Source of the DNA: a virus
Length of the DNA stretch: 64,000 nt
IMG/VR virus record: IMGVR_UViG_3300020045_007008
Coordinates: 17,450 to 81,449 of that record
Strand: one strand, 5' to 3'
In this document: positions 1 to 9,922 of the stretch, piece after piece
Numbering within the stretch: position 1 is the stretch's first letter
Layout of the letters: each line of letters begins with the position of its first letter
Made by a program: the position numbers and the translations under genes
Notes under the pieces: model-generated
The model's database searches: none
What the model saw: the letters and a program-made list of their open reading frames with translations, nothing else
What the model was told of the DNA's origin: nothing

Positions 1-1
1 A

Positions 2-2884
2 TTTGATTCGGTCAGTATATCTGAGAGTATAAGTCCGATTGTTTCAAGTTTAGAAACCGGTGGTGTAGTAACAATGATTACACCAATAGAGTTAACTACT
101 GGTGTATTATCATCATGGGTAGAACATGATGTTTCATCCCATATTCCAAGTGGCTCAACTGGAGTTATTATACACATTGTTAATGAATCAAGTAATAATT
201 CATATAATATTGGATTCAGGAAGAATGGAAGTACAGATAATAGGATAAATTCACTATATGCCAGTTCGCATTTCTGGACTAGTATAGGTATTGATTCGAA
301 TAGAATTTTTGAATTCTATAGAAGTGATTCTACTGTCCATTTTTATCTATGTGGATATTTTAATAATAATGCAGTATTTTTTGATAATGCAATAGACAAA
401 ACTCCAGGAACATCAACAAGTTGGGAAGATGTAGATATATCAACTAATACCGGAGGTGATACTGCAATAGGTGCTATTTTTGAAGTAATTGGCGGAGCTG
501 GAGTATCTTATGGTGCTAGAAAAAATGGAAGTACTGATACTGTCTTAGGAGATTGCGATGCACATAGTTCTATTACAATCGGTGTTGATGGTAGTGAAAT
601 ATGCGAATTATATAAAGGTAGTTCGACAATAACATTTTATCTGGTTGGGTATATAAAAGCCGGTGCAGTATTTCATACTAATGCTGTAAATAGGTCTATA
701 TCTACTACTAGTTCATATATTGATATAACTCTGGAGAGTGATGCTCATGCAGGACTATTTGATATTATTTCTGGAAGTTATTCACAAACATTTGCCATTA
801 GAAAAAAAGGAGATTATGAAGATATTTATAAAAGAGCTAGTGGTGAACAACATTCATTTGCGATAATTCAGACAAATTCTGATAGAAAAATAGAAGCAAA
901 AATATCCAATGTTGCAGTTGATTTTTATGAGGTTGGATATTTTTTATCGAATCCAAATATAGATATCAGTGATTCTTTAACAATTACAGAAAATATAGCT
1001 ATTGAAATTATATCTGATTTATTCATATCAATTAATGATTCATTAACTATTACTGAAAACGTATCGCTTCTAATAGAAGAAGCAAATGCAATAAGCATCA
1101 ATGTTAGCGACACTATCACAGCTAATGAATATATTACTATAGGTTTAGCAGATATAAAAATACAAGTTGATACGGGTGGCACCGTGACTCCATTATTTGA
1201 TGCTATATCAATTACAGAGAATATATCATTTAATATAACAGCAGATATTGGTATATCTGTATATGATACTATTAGTATAACAGAATCAGAAGGACAAGAA
1301 TATGTATTAGAAATAGATATAAACGACGCAATAGCGATAATTGATAATGGTAGATTGCTTCCATCTGAATTGAAAGTATGGATTAATGAAATAGATAAAA
1401 CCAGATATATATCACAATCAGGATTTCAAATAGATAATATATTAACATCACAAGTAGATAAATGTAAATTTCAAATACAAAAAGTAGCTAATAGTACTAT
1501 ATTAGATTACCAACCAACAATAGGACAAGATGTCCAAATTACATATCAATTTGAAAAAATATTTGGCGGTATTATTACTAGAATAAATAAATTTTTAGAT
1601 ACAACTGGCATATTGATTTATGATTGTGAATGTGAAGATTATACAAAAATTCTTGATAGAAAATTAGTTGCTAAATCATATGAAAATCAAACAGTAAATC
1701 AAATAATAGCAGATATTAATGCTACATATTTAACTGATTTCACTATATATAATGTTGATTGTAGTGTTGTCATAGATTATATTGCATTTAATTATATTAC
1801 AGTATCTAAAGCATTAGCAAAATTAGCAGATTTAGTTCACTTCGATTGGTATGTAGATTATAATAGGGATATTCATTTCTTTTCAAAAACCTCTATTAAT
1901 GCACCATTTGATATTTTAGATACTGATGGTAGTTATAATATAAATACTTTAAAAATAAAACAAGATAATTCGCAAATACGAAATTCAATATATGTCAGAG
2001 GCGGTGAATATTTAGCAGATACATTTACAACAGAAATACAAACAGATGGTGTAAGAAATATTTATGATATTCCATATAAATACCAAGCATTAAGTTGCAC
2101 ATTAACTGGCCAGCCACAATCAGTAGGATTGGATTATATTGATAATGCGAATGACTATGATTTGTTATGGAATTTTCAAGAAAAATTATTAAAATGGAAA
2201 GAAGCAGATAAACCTGCTTTAGGTGCTACATTAAGAATTGGTGGCCGCCCATATTTACCGGTGAGATTAAAAACAAAAAATATTATTAGTATAAATACAA
2301 TGTCAGTATTAGAAGGAGGAGATGGTGAATATGAATTTATAATTATTGATGATAGCATCAAATCAAAAGAAGGAGCATTAGAAAGAGCAAATGCAGAACT
2401 AAATAATTATAAAAATACACTCATAGAAGGGAATTTCCAAACATATAAAGATGGATTAAGAGCAGGGCAGAAGATAAGAATAAATAGCCCACTATATGAT
2501 ATTAATGAAGACTATTTGATTAATCAAGTTAGTATTGGAATGTGGACACCAACTAAACTTATATATAATGTAAAAATTGTTTCTACAAAGACTTACGGGT
2601 TGATTGAATTCTTACAAGATTTATTATTACGAGATAATAATAAAATATTAGATATTGGTGAAAATATAGTTATAATAGATTTGATTGCAGATACAAGCTA
2701 TGAAACAATGTCTATTGCTGATACTATGACAGTTGCATTTAATCATCCTCAATATGAAACAATATCTATGTCAGATACTTTTACAGCTCAGAGTTTAGAT
2801 TATGATGTTCAATTTGTACTTGGTCCACAAATTCCATCTGGAACAAAAAGAGTATTTGTAGTATCTGGTAGTCGTATTGATTAA
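2..2884 (+). CDS. Large virion tail protein (5' truncated by the window)
   Basis: The frame is open from base 2 through the ATG at 74. It has two repeated beta-rich domains (RKNGSTD), repeated DS/T-x-I-T-E-N spacer motifs and a C-terminal tail hub/Tal-like region, and is followed by other tail-type genes. Confidence 0.75.
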   Translation, partial: FDSVSISESISPIVSSLETGGVVTMITPIELTTGVLSSWVEHDVSSHIPSGSTGVIIHIVNESSNNSYNIGFRKNGSTDNRINSLYASSHFWTSIGIDSNRIFEFYRSDSTVHFYLCGYFNNNAVFFDNAIDKTPGTSTSWEDVDISTNTGGDTAIGAIFEVIGGAGVSYGARKNGSTDTVLGDCDAHSSITIGVDGSEICELYKGSSTITFYLVGYIKAGAVFHTNAVNRSISTTSSYIDITLESDAHAGLFDIISGSYSQTFAIRKKGDYEDIYKRASGEQHSFAIIQTNSDRKIEAKISNVAVDFYEVGYFLSNPNIDISDSLTITENIAIEIISDLFISINDSLTITENVSLLIEEANAISINVSDTITANEYITIGLADIKIQVDTGGTVTPLFDAISITENISFNITADIGISVYDTISITESEGQEYVLEIDINDAIAIIDNGRLLPSELKVWINEIDKTRYISQSGFQIDNILTSQVDKCKFQIQKVANSTILDYQPTIGQDVQITYQFEKIFGGIITRINKFLDTTGILIYDCECEDYTKILDRKLVAKSYENQTVNQIIADINATYLTDFTIYNVDCSVVIDYIAFNYITVSKALAKLADLVHFDWYVDYNRDIHFFSKTSINAPFDILDTDGSYNINTLKIKQDNSQIRNSIYVRGGEYLADTFTTEIQTDGVRNIYDIPYKYQALSCTLTGQPQSVGLDYIDNANDYDLLWNFQEKLLKWKEADKPALGATLRIGGRPYLPVRLKTKNIISINTMSVLEGGDGEYEFIIIDDSIKSKEGALERANAELNNYKNTLIEGNFQTYKDGLRAGQKIRINSPLYDINEDYLINQVSIGMWTPTKLIYNVKIVSTKTYGLIEFLQDLLLRDNNKILDIGENIVIIDLIADTSYETMSIADTMTVAFNHPQYETISMSDTFTAQSLDYDVQFVLGPQIPSGTKRVFVVSGSRID

Positions 2885-2898
2885 TTATTTTTAAATAT

Positions 2899-3477
2899 AT
2901 GAATGAAATAAAAAGAAAAAAACAAGATAGTATTAATATGAAAGGAATTTATTATATTACTAAAGCAGAAATACAAACACCAGAGCAATGGAATTTATCA
3001 AAACAAATTGATAAATTAAGAAGTGAAGGAAAAGAATTTATAGATTTAGTAAGAAAATTAAATTCAATTTGTAAAACAAAAAAAATGGTATTTCAAAATA
3101 TAATACCAACGGTTGCAAGAACGATGATTGCAAATAATCTGACAAATAGTAGCCCGACCAATTCAATATTAGTTAATTACATCGCATTGGGAACTAATAA
3201 TACTGCTCCGGATAATGCTAACACGACATTAGAAACAGAACATTATAGAAATGCAGTAGCAAGTAAAACAAATTCAGCAAATATTGGATATGTAAGTGGA
3301 TTTTTTAATGCAACCGAATGTGTAAATACATATTATGAAGCAGGGATATTTTGTGATGCGACAGCCACAACAGATAGTGGAATATTATTAAGTCGTGTTT
3401 TAATAGATGCTCCAACTGGAGTAGTAAAAACAAATATCACCACGCTTACTATTGATTGGGTTCTAACTATAAGTTAA
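2899..3477 (+). CDS. Tail-associated structural protein
   Basis: YIALGT...TTLETEHYR...EAGIF...LLSR...TLTIDW pattern typical of tail fibre N-terminal/collar-like proteins; position between tail genes. Confidence 0.6.
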   Translation: MNEIKRKKQDSINMKGIYYITKAEIQTPEQWNLSKQIDKLRSEGKEFIDLVRKLNSICKTKKMVFQNIIPTVARTMIANNLTNSSPTNSILVNYIALGTNNTAPDNANTTLETEHYRNAVASKTNSANIGYVSGFFNATECVNTYYEAGIFCDATATTDSGILLSRVLIDAPTGVVKTNITTLTIDWVLTIS

Positions 3478-3488
3478 AATAAAAATAT

Positions 3489-4406
3489 ATGAGTAGAAAA
3501 ATTTGGATAACAGGAGAAGAATTATCGGCAAGTGATTTAAATGGTTCATATTTTTTTGGTGGAACTGGAGCAGACGGAGCATTGGCAATATCAAGCGGAA
3601 CGACAACTATAGATTTAGGAGGGTCGTCATTATTCACTAAAAATTATTCATCTATTTCAATAACAGGGACTGGAAAATTAGCATTCTCAAACCCAGCATC
3701 TACTGGTACATTGATAAATATAAAATGCTCGGGTAATGCAACACTAACTTCATCTACTAATCCAGCAATAGATATACAAAGTTTAGGTGGTATAGGCGGA
3801 AATGGTACAGTTGGGGCTGGGCAAACGGGGTCAGGTGGTGGAGGAGGAGCTGGTGCTTCATCTAATGGTGGAACTGGAATAACTATTAGCTCAACCCTTG
3901 GTAGTTTAGCATCAAGTGGTACTGGTTTTGGTAGTTGGATAACTAGCGTATTACAAACAGGGGGAACGGGTGGTGCTCCAGGAATAGGGGGCTCAGGAGG
4001 AATAAGTACATTATTTAATCCCGCTTATGCAAAATATGCAAAAATGTATATTATTTCAGGTGCAGGCGGTGGCGGTGGTTCTGGGGGATGGAGTGGTTCA
4101 GGAAATACAACAGGTGGTACTGGTGGACGTGGTGGTGGTGCAATATATATAGAAATAGCAGGAACATATACTTGTTCATCTACTATAAATGCAAGTGGTG
4201 CATTAGGTGGAGCTGGTGGAGCTGGTTCAGGAGCGGGTGGTTCAGGTGGTGGTGGTTCTATTGTTATTCTATATAATATATTAGTATCAGATACAGGGAC
4301 ATATAGTATAAGCGGTGGCGCGTCCGTTTCTAATGTTACTGATGGTGGAGCTGGTGGAGCTGGTGGAGCAGGATTATCATATATTGGATTAAATACCGAA
4401 TTTTAA
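3489..4406 (+). CDS. Glycine-rich tail fibre/receptor-binding-like protein
   Basis: W..GEELSASDLN N-terminus, FGGTGADGAL motif and long GGxGG runs. Confidence 0.65.
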   Translation: MSRKIWITGEELSASDLNGSYFFGGTGADGALAISSGTTTIDLGGSSLFTKNYSSISITGTGKLAFSNPASTGTLINIKCSGNATLTSSTNPAIDIQSLGGIGGNGTVGAGQTGSGGGGGAGASSNGGTGITISSTLGSLASSGTGFGSWITSVLQTGGTGGAPGIGGSGGISTLFNPAYAKYAKMYIISGAGGGGGSGGWSGSGNTTGGTGGRGGGAIYIEIAGTYTCSSTINASGALGGAGGAGSGAGGSGGGGSIVILYNILVSDTGTYSISGGASVSNVTDGGAGGAGGAGLSYIGLNTEF

Positions 4407-4418
4407 CTTTAATTAGTA

Positions 4419-4447
4419 TTGACTTTTTTTAAATACTATTATATAAT
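4419..4447 (+). promoter_or_regulatory. sigma70-type promoter
   Basis: TTGACT-17 nt-TATAAT. Confidence 0.8.
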
Positions 4448-4473
4448 ATTATATATAAATATAATGCTTGTCT

Positions 4474-5280
4474 ATGAAAATTATTAGAGAAATTATTCCT
4501 TATGATTCGGCATATATTATTCCATTTGGTGATATACATTTAGAAGACCAATATTTTACAGAAAAAAGTGAAAAAAAATTAAAAGAACAAATTGACTTCG
4601 TAAAAAAACACGATAATGCAAGGGCATTTTTAACTGGAGATATTTTTAATGTAGCAACGAGAACATCGAAAACAAGTCCTTTTTCTATCAATAAAAAACT
4701 ATTGAATAAATACAATGGTGACCAAATGGAATATGCATTAGATTTATTCAGACCAATAAGTGATAAAATAATTGGTGCAATAGATGGTAATCACGAACAA
4801 AGAACAATAGATTTTAATAACCGTTCTTGGATAACTGAATTATGTGGAAAATTATCAAGTAAGGAAAGAGAAGTTAAATATTGTGATATTAGTTGTTTAT
4901 TATTTTTAAAAATAGGTAAATCCAGAATAGAAGGCGAACGCTCTGCTCAAACATATTCTGGATATATTCATCATACTACAGGCGGAGGAGGAACAGCAGG
5001 AAGTAAAATAAATAGAGTAAAAAAATTAGAAGATATTGTTGTTGCTTGTGATTTTTATATTGGTGCTCATAATCATATGTGCGGAGCAGTAACATTAAGC
5101 ACATTCATAGCTAATAATACAAAATGTACAGTGACACAAATTAATCAATCATATATAGATGCAGGAGGATTTTTAGATTACGGTGGATATGTAGAACGAT
5201 TTCAATTGAGCCCAACTACTATTGGTGCTCCAATAATATATTTTGAAACAAAAAACAAAAACATAAAAATAAACATATAA
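4474..5280 (+). CDS. Calcineurin-like metallophosphoesterase
   Basis: GDIH, GD, GNHE, HH and GAHNH metal-binding motifs; ATG at 4474 preferred over TTG at 4468. Confidence 0.85.
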   Translation: MKIIREIIPYDSAYIIPFGDIHLEDQYFTEKSEKKLKEQIDFVKKHDNARAFLTGDIFNVATRTSKTSPFSINKKLLNKYNGDQMEYALDLFRPISDKIIGAIDGNHEQRTIDFNNRSWITELCGKLSSKEREVKYCDISCLLFLKIGKSRIEGERSAQTYSGYIHHTTGGGGTAGSKINRVKKLEDIVVACDFYIGAHNHMCGAVTLSTFIANNTKCTVTQINQSYIDAGGFLDYGGYVERFQLSPTTIGAPIIYFETKNKNIKINI

Positions 5281-5353
5281 ACAGGTCTTTTCTGGAGGCA
5301 GACTATAAAGAACCTCCTTCCAAAAATAACCGTTCTTTAAAGGAGAATTAAAA

Positions 5354-5572
5354 ATGAATGTTTGTCTAAACCAAAAATGGAGGCCTAAAATCCACGTAGA
5401 GAGAAAAGGCATTGGTAATTGTACCATCTGCACGGCGGATGGAAAAAACAATAAGTGCGATTTATATACGCCAATTTTCTGGGGAGAAGCCGATGTCAAG
5501 GAAAGAACGAAAACAGGCGAGGAAGAACAAGAGCGTAGTTGTCAAACAATTAGATTGGATAACAGACAATGA
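5354..5572 (+). CDS. Small Cys-rich hypothetical protein (SD-led)
   Basis: AAGGAG at 5340-5345 precedes the ATG; CxxC motif. Confidence 0.55.
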   Translation: MNVCLNQKWRPKIHVERKGIGNCTICTADGKNNKCDLYTPIFWGEADVKERTKTGEEEQERSCQTIRLDNRQ

Positions 5573-5807
5573 AATAAGAGCCATTTCCGACGAGTTGCTT
5601 AGGAGCGCGATGGAGGAGAAAAAAAAGCTTCCCTTGCATGATAGGTTTATATGCGAAGAATGCAGAAGGACTTATTGCCTAAACAATGACGGGGATATGC
5701 TTTATTGCAAAACTGGGTGTCCAACACTAAAGGACAATTGGGTAAATTGTTCAAAAAAAATAAATGGTTTTAGAAATTGCGGACAGCATAAGGAGATAAT
5801 ATCATGA
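5493..5807 (+). CDS. Cys-rich hypothetical protein (SD-led)
   Basis: GGGGAG precedes ATG 5493 (MSRKERKQARK); CEEC and further Cys residues. Confidence 0.55.
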   Translation: MSRKERKQARKNKSVVVKQLDWITDNEIRAISDELLRSAMEEKKKLPLHDRFICEECRRTYCLNNDGDMLYCKTGCPTLKDNWVNCSKKINGFRNCGQHKEIIS

Positions 5808-6046
5808 ACGAAAAAGTGCTTAGCGTAATGAAAGAAAGATTTTATCGTTGTTATGCCTGTGGTTCGCTTATTCCTGGCGAGGAAATAAACGAAAACGGGA
5901 AAATAAAATGCAGACAAATAGTCCTTAGGCATTGCCGATACGAATATTGCAATGTCGAGTTCAATGTTTCTGATTACAACGCTTTTACTAAGGTGGATGG
6001 ACATGAATACTTTAAAAAATTCCTTCCAGCTCAACACTGGTGGTAA
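5804..6046 (+). CDS. Zn-finger-like hypothetical protein (SD-led)
   Basis: AAGGAG upstream, ATGA overlap with the previous gene, CYAC motif. Confidence 0.55.
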   Translation: MNEKVLSVMKERFYRCYACGSLIPGEEINENGKIKCRQIVLRHCRYEYCNVEFNVSDYNAFTKVDGHEYFKKFLPAQHWW

Positions 6047-6052
6047 TAATTC

Positions 6053-6076
6053 GCAGGGATATGCTCTCTGCCTTTT
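6053..6076 (+). terminator. Rho-independent terminator candidate
   Basis: GCAGGGA-TATGC-TCTCTGC stem followed by CTTTT. Confidence 0.5.
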
Positions 6077-6148
6077 AACAAATTAATGTTAAATATACTG
6101 GATGTAGCAATGTATTGAATTTGTAATTTAAAAACTAAGATATAATAC

Positions 6149-6292
6149 ATGAGTCCAATGAAAACTAAAAAAATTGAAAGACAAGTTTGTGAAGTATTTT
6201 CAAGAGTATGTGGTTATATGCGACCAGTACAAAATTGGAATGATGCCGCAAAAGCTCAATTTAAAAGTAGAAAAACATTTATTAATAAATAA
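6149..6292 (+). CDS. Stand-alone glycyl-radical peptide resembling the NrdD C-terminus (47 aa; missing from the ORF track)
   Basis: Translation MSPMKTKKIERQVCEVFSRVCGYMRPVQNWNDAAKAQFKSRKTFINK contains the class III RNR RVCGY motif and the downstream RP..WN motif. Confidence 0.8.
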   Translation: MSPMKTKKIERQVCEVFSRVCGYMRPVQNWNDAAKAQFKSRKTFINK

Positions 6293-6296
6293 ATTT

Positions 6297-6500
6297 ATGA
6301 TGGAAAAAATTAAACAATTATTGAATACTAAACCTGGTGCAGTAACAATAAGATTTACAAAGACTTTTGTATATACAGCACTTGCTTTTTATGTTGTAAA
6401 TAAAACAGCTCCATTTACAGTTGATTATCTTGCAATGATTGAAGTTAGTTTGTTGGCGGGTTTTGGTTTTGGTGGGGATAAATATATTCGCTCAAAATAA
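6297..6500 (+). CDS. Putative holin
   Basis: Short protein with two hydrophobic segments and a basic C-terminus (DKYIRSK), directly upstream of a peptidase; true start probably 6297, not 6174. Confidence 0.55.
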   Translation: MMEKIKQLLNTKPGAVTIRFTKTFVYTALAFYVVNKTAPFTVDYLAMIEVSLLAGFGFGGDKYIRSK

Positions 6501-7418
6501 ATGCCAGCAATAAAATTAGGACAACAGAAAACAGATTGGATAGGTGGAGTAAGTAATATATTAATAGAATATAATAATGGGGATTGGAGTAACTATAGAC
6601 CAGAGCATGAAACTCAAAACAATCCAGAAACTTGGGGATGTGCATTATTCAGTGGAACAGATTCTATAGAAACATTATTTATGTATTTTCTATATAATAA
6701 TCTTATTCCAAAAGAATATGTTAAATGGTTAACTGATAATAAATATTTTATTAATGGATTTATTAATTTTAGTGATGCATATAGTTATCAATTTGCAGAA
6801 GTAGAACCAGGGCGAGGGACATTCTTATATAAAGCAAATGATGCAATCAGATTAGGTTTAGTACCAGAATCAATATATTCATTTAAAGATTATTTTATAG
6901 ATAAAAAAACAATACCTCCGGAGGCTGAAAAACTAAAATTAGAATTCAAAAAAAGATTTACTATCAATTGGTATTGGGTAGAAAATATCGAAAAGTCTTT
7001 AAAATCATCTCCTTTACAAGCAACAGTAAGATATGCAGATGGGGATGGAATATTAAGCCCAATCGGCGACCACAATCACGCAATAATGGTATATAAGAAA
7101 GGCGATTATTATGATATAGATGATAGTTATAATCAACCTACTAAAAAATATCATTTAGAAAGAGTATCTAATTTTATTGGTTATTCACTAACAATTAATA
7201 CAACTAATATGGACGTAGAAAATTTTGTAAAAGAATATGATTTGAAATGGATTTTTAATAACAATACTGGTGAAATTGGTAGAATTATACAAGGAAAATT
7301 AAGAACAATTGAAACACAAGATAGAGGTGTAAAAATGCTTTTAGATGATAAAGTAAGAGAAAATGGTAAACATATAATAGATGCAGAGTGGAAATTATTA
7401 CCTAAACTTCCATTTTAG
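6501..7418 (+). CDS. Papain-like cysteine peptidase, putative endolysin
   Basis: Q....ETWGCALFS (catalytic Cys), NHAI (His) and DSY motifs; next to a holin-like gene at the end of the late operon. Confidence 0.6.
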   Translation: MPAIKLGQQKTDWIGGVSNILIEYNNGDWSNYRPEHETQNNPETWGCALFSGTDSIETLFMYFLYNNLIPKEYVKWLTDNKYFINGFINFSDAYSYQFAEVEPGRGTFLYKANDAIRLGLVPESIYSFKDYFIDKKTIPPEAEKLKLEFKKRFTINWYWVENIEKSLKSSPLQATVRYADGDGILSPIGDHNHAIMVYKKGDYYDIDDSYNQPTKKYHLERVSNFIGYSLTINTTNMDVENFVKEYDLKWIFNNNTGEIGRIIQGKLRTIETQDRGVKMLLDDKVRENGKHIIDAEWKLLPKLPF

Positions 7419-7523
7419 TTACTTGATATGGCGATTATTGCTATATTAGGGATTATATACAAAACAAAAATAAAAATTTAAAAAAAATAGGAGATGTAGT
7501 AATATATACAAGACTCAATTTTT

Positions 7524-7546
7524 CTCACGTAAATCGTGAGTTTTTT
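7524..7546 (+). terminator. Rho-independent terminator ending the late/lysis operon
   Basis: CTCACG-TAAAT-CGTGAG followed by TTTTTT. Confidence 0.75.
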
Positions 7547-7703
7547 GTTGTGAAAATGCGATTTTAACAGTTTTTTATGATAGTTATATAAATATACATG
7601 TTTTCATTAAAAACGTTGCTATGAGCCGTATATTAGCATATTTTAACAGTATGATAATATATAATCTATCTTATTCAGATAATCAAATTTCATTGCAAAA
7701 ACC

Positions 7704-7730
7704 TGTGGATAACTCGAATAGTTATTCACA
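7704..7730. promoter_or_regulatory. Inverted pair of DnaA-box-like sites
   Basis: TGTGGATAA (reverse complement of TTATCCACA) and TTATTCACA in an imperfect palindrome. Confidence 0.6.
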
Positions 7731-7834
7731 TTTTTTATATCAAATTATTATTTTTAAAACAAAATTATTAACATCTATATAAAAAATCACTAATATTAAA
7801 TAAAATTAATTATATATAATACTATATAATAATA

Positions 7835-7863
7835 TTGACAATTTTCATATAATAATATATAAT
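7835..7863 (+). promoter_or_regulatory. sigma70-type early promoter
   Basis: TTGACA-17 nt-TATAAT, with TCACTAATATTAAA at 7787. Confidence 0.85.
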
Positions 7864-8442
7864 TATAATATAAGAAGATAAATAAAGAAAACAAATATAT
7901 GAAAACAAAAATAATGAACTTAAAAAAAATGGATAAAGTCACTAGAGCATGTTGGATAGCATATTGCAATTATAAAGGATATAAATATATTATTAATTAA
8001 GAATAATCATATGAGCAAATACTCAATATTCTACAATAAAGAAGATGAAAAAATAGCACATAAACAAATAGCAGAAATGGAAAAGAGTTTAGGTCTGCAA
8101 CTAGATTGGAAAAAAGTTAAAAGAATGAATGGTGATAATATTGCAACACTTCAGGGAATATTAGAAAGAAGAATGTTAAAAGAAGAAAAAACATTTGAAC
8201 AAAAATTACATAATCAATTTAATAATTTAGTTTCATAAAAATTAAATAAAAGTAAAAATATGAAAAAAGCAGACTATATCAAAGCTTATCAAAGCACCTT
8301 TAATGAATTGGCCACTTTAATTTTTCAAACCGAAGATGACCAAACAATGAAAGAAGCCTATGAAGCATACAAGACATTAAGAAGACTTCTTCCTAAAATG
8401 GCAGAAAAAGAGTGCTTATTATAAAACTAATTAATCAAGGCA

Positions 8443-8493
8443 ACTAGAGGAGGAGGGAGCAAGGTTCGGCCTTGAGCCTCGCTTCTCCTCTAG
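8443..8493 (+). other. GC-rich intergenic hairpin
   Basis: ACTAGAGGAG...CAAGG-TTCGG-CCTTG...CTCCTCTAGT. Confidence 0.7.
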
Positions 8494-9586
8494 TAAGAAA
8501 AATATGAAAAAGCACTATTCTCCTACAAAGGAAAAGCTAAAAACTTATTAAAGGCTTTAAGAAGCCGAGAAGAGGCCATAAAAAAATATGCAAAATCTAA
8601 TTCTTGAGCAACTAGAGCTAAACGAAAAATGTAAGGAAGCTATGAAGGGATATAATCCATATCCCAAACTAAGCAAAAGACATTTAATGGATAGCGAGTC
8701 AATCTTTTACTTCGAGCCTAACTTACATACTAGAGAAGATATTTATTAAAAACATATGGAAACAATCACAATGTACGTTCTAACCTGTAAATGTGGTGCA
8801 AAAAAAACATTTAAAGAAAAACCTAGCCAATATGAAAAATATATTTGCAAAAAGTGTGTTGCCCTTAGAAGCCAAACTATATAAAACATATGAAGTTTAA
8901 ATTAAAAAATGGAGATGAAATAATATTATCAAAAAAAGGAAATACATATATAGGAGTAACTGCTAATGAAATAGGTATATTAATAAGAAGATTTAATTTA
9001 AGTTTTGAAAAAACTAAAGAAATATTAATTAAAACAATTCAATAGATATATGAATAAAGAAATATTAAAAAAGATGGGTTATGAAAAACAGGTTGAAAAT
9101 TATGAAAATAATAAATGCAGTTGGTGTGGCAATAAAATAAAAACAAATAGTTTTAAAAACAAAATTAGTTTAGATGAATATCACATATCTGGATTTTGTC
9201 AAAAGTGTCAAGATAAAACATTTAATTAAAAATATGATAATAAATATATGAAAGCTAAAAAATATATGCACAATTCACCGGGGGATAATTTCAAAGTATT
9301 TGTTATTGCAAAGAAAAATTTCACAAATCAATGGACAACAACTACATTAGAGAATGCAAGAAAATCAATTAAATTATTTTTTAAAGAATGCAAGTATCCA
9401 AGAAATAGTGCAATTATTAAAGATAAAAATAATAAATTATTAGAAGAAATTATAAATAATTAAATTATATGAAAAAACTATTTTCATCTCGTTCAGATTA
9501 TTATAGGAAAAGATTATTTAATGCACCATTTCTATTACCAATATTATTTACATTAATTATTCTATCAGGATTTTTTAATTAAATTT

Positions 9587-9922
9587 ATGAGAATGTGGCT
9601 AGTAAATCCAAAAATGATGTGCAGAAAACACTTATTGGGTGAGCATGTTGAATTACATATGTTTGTCGGAACTATTAATAAAAATAAGAATCTAAATGGT
9701 TATATAAAGAATAATCTATTAGAATATTCAAATATATACCAAAGACATAATAAATTGGTAGCCGAAATGAAAAATAGACAATATAATCACAAAAGTGAAC
9801 TACCAGAGATTATAGGAAATGTAGATGAATATGTTAAAAATTATAAAATAAATAAAGAACAATCATTAAATGATTTATTAAGTAGATGTGAAATTTGTAA
9901 AAAATTATTTAATGAGTTATAA
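9587..9922 (+). CDS. Pyrimidine dimer DNA glycosylase (DenV-like family)
   Basis: MRMW.V.P..MCRKHLLGEH.E.H and RH..LV.EM..R.YNH.S.L signature motifs. Confidence 0.8.
   Translation: MRMWLVNPKMMCRKHLLGEHVELHMFVGTINKNKNLNGYIKNNLLEYSNIYQRHNKLVAEMKNRQYNHKSELPEIIGNVDEYVKNYKINKEQSLNDLLSRCEICKKLFNEL

Noticed and set aside
4088-4276. Trp-rich 62 aa ORF
   Set aside because: Alternate-frame reading of GGT-GGT glycine codons in the tail fibre gene.
74-4406. Diversity-generating retroelement acting on tail genes
   Set aside because: No reverse transcriptase and no template/variable repeat pair seen in the window.
6174-6296. N-terminal extension of ORF 6174-6500
   Set aside because: It overlaps the better-supported RVCGY peptide in another frame; ATG 6297 has a typical leader.
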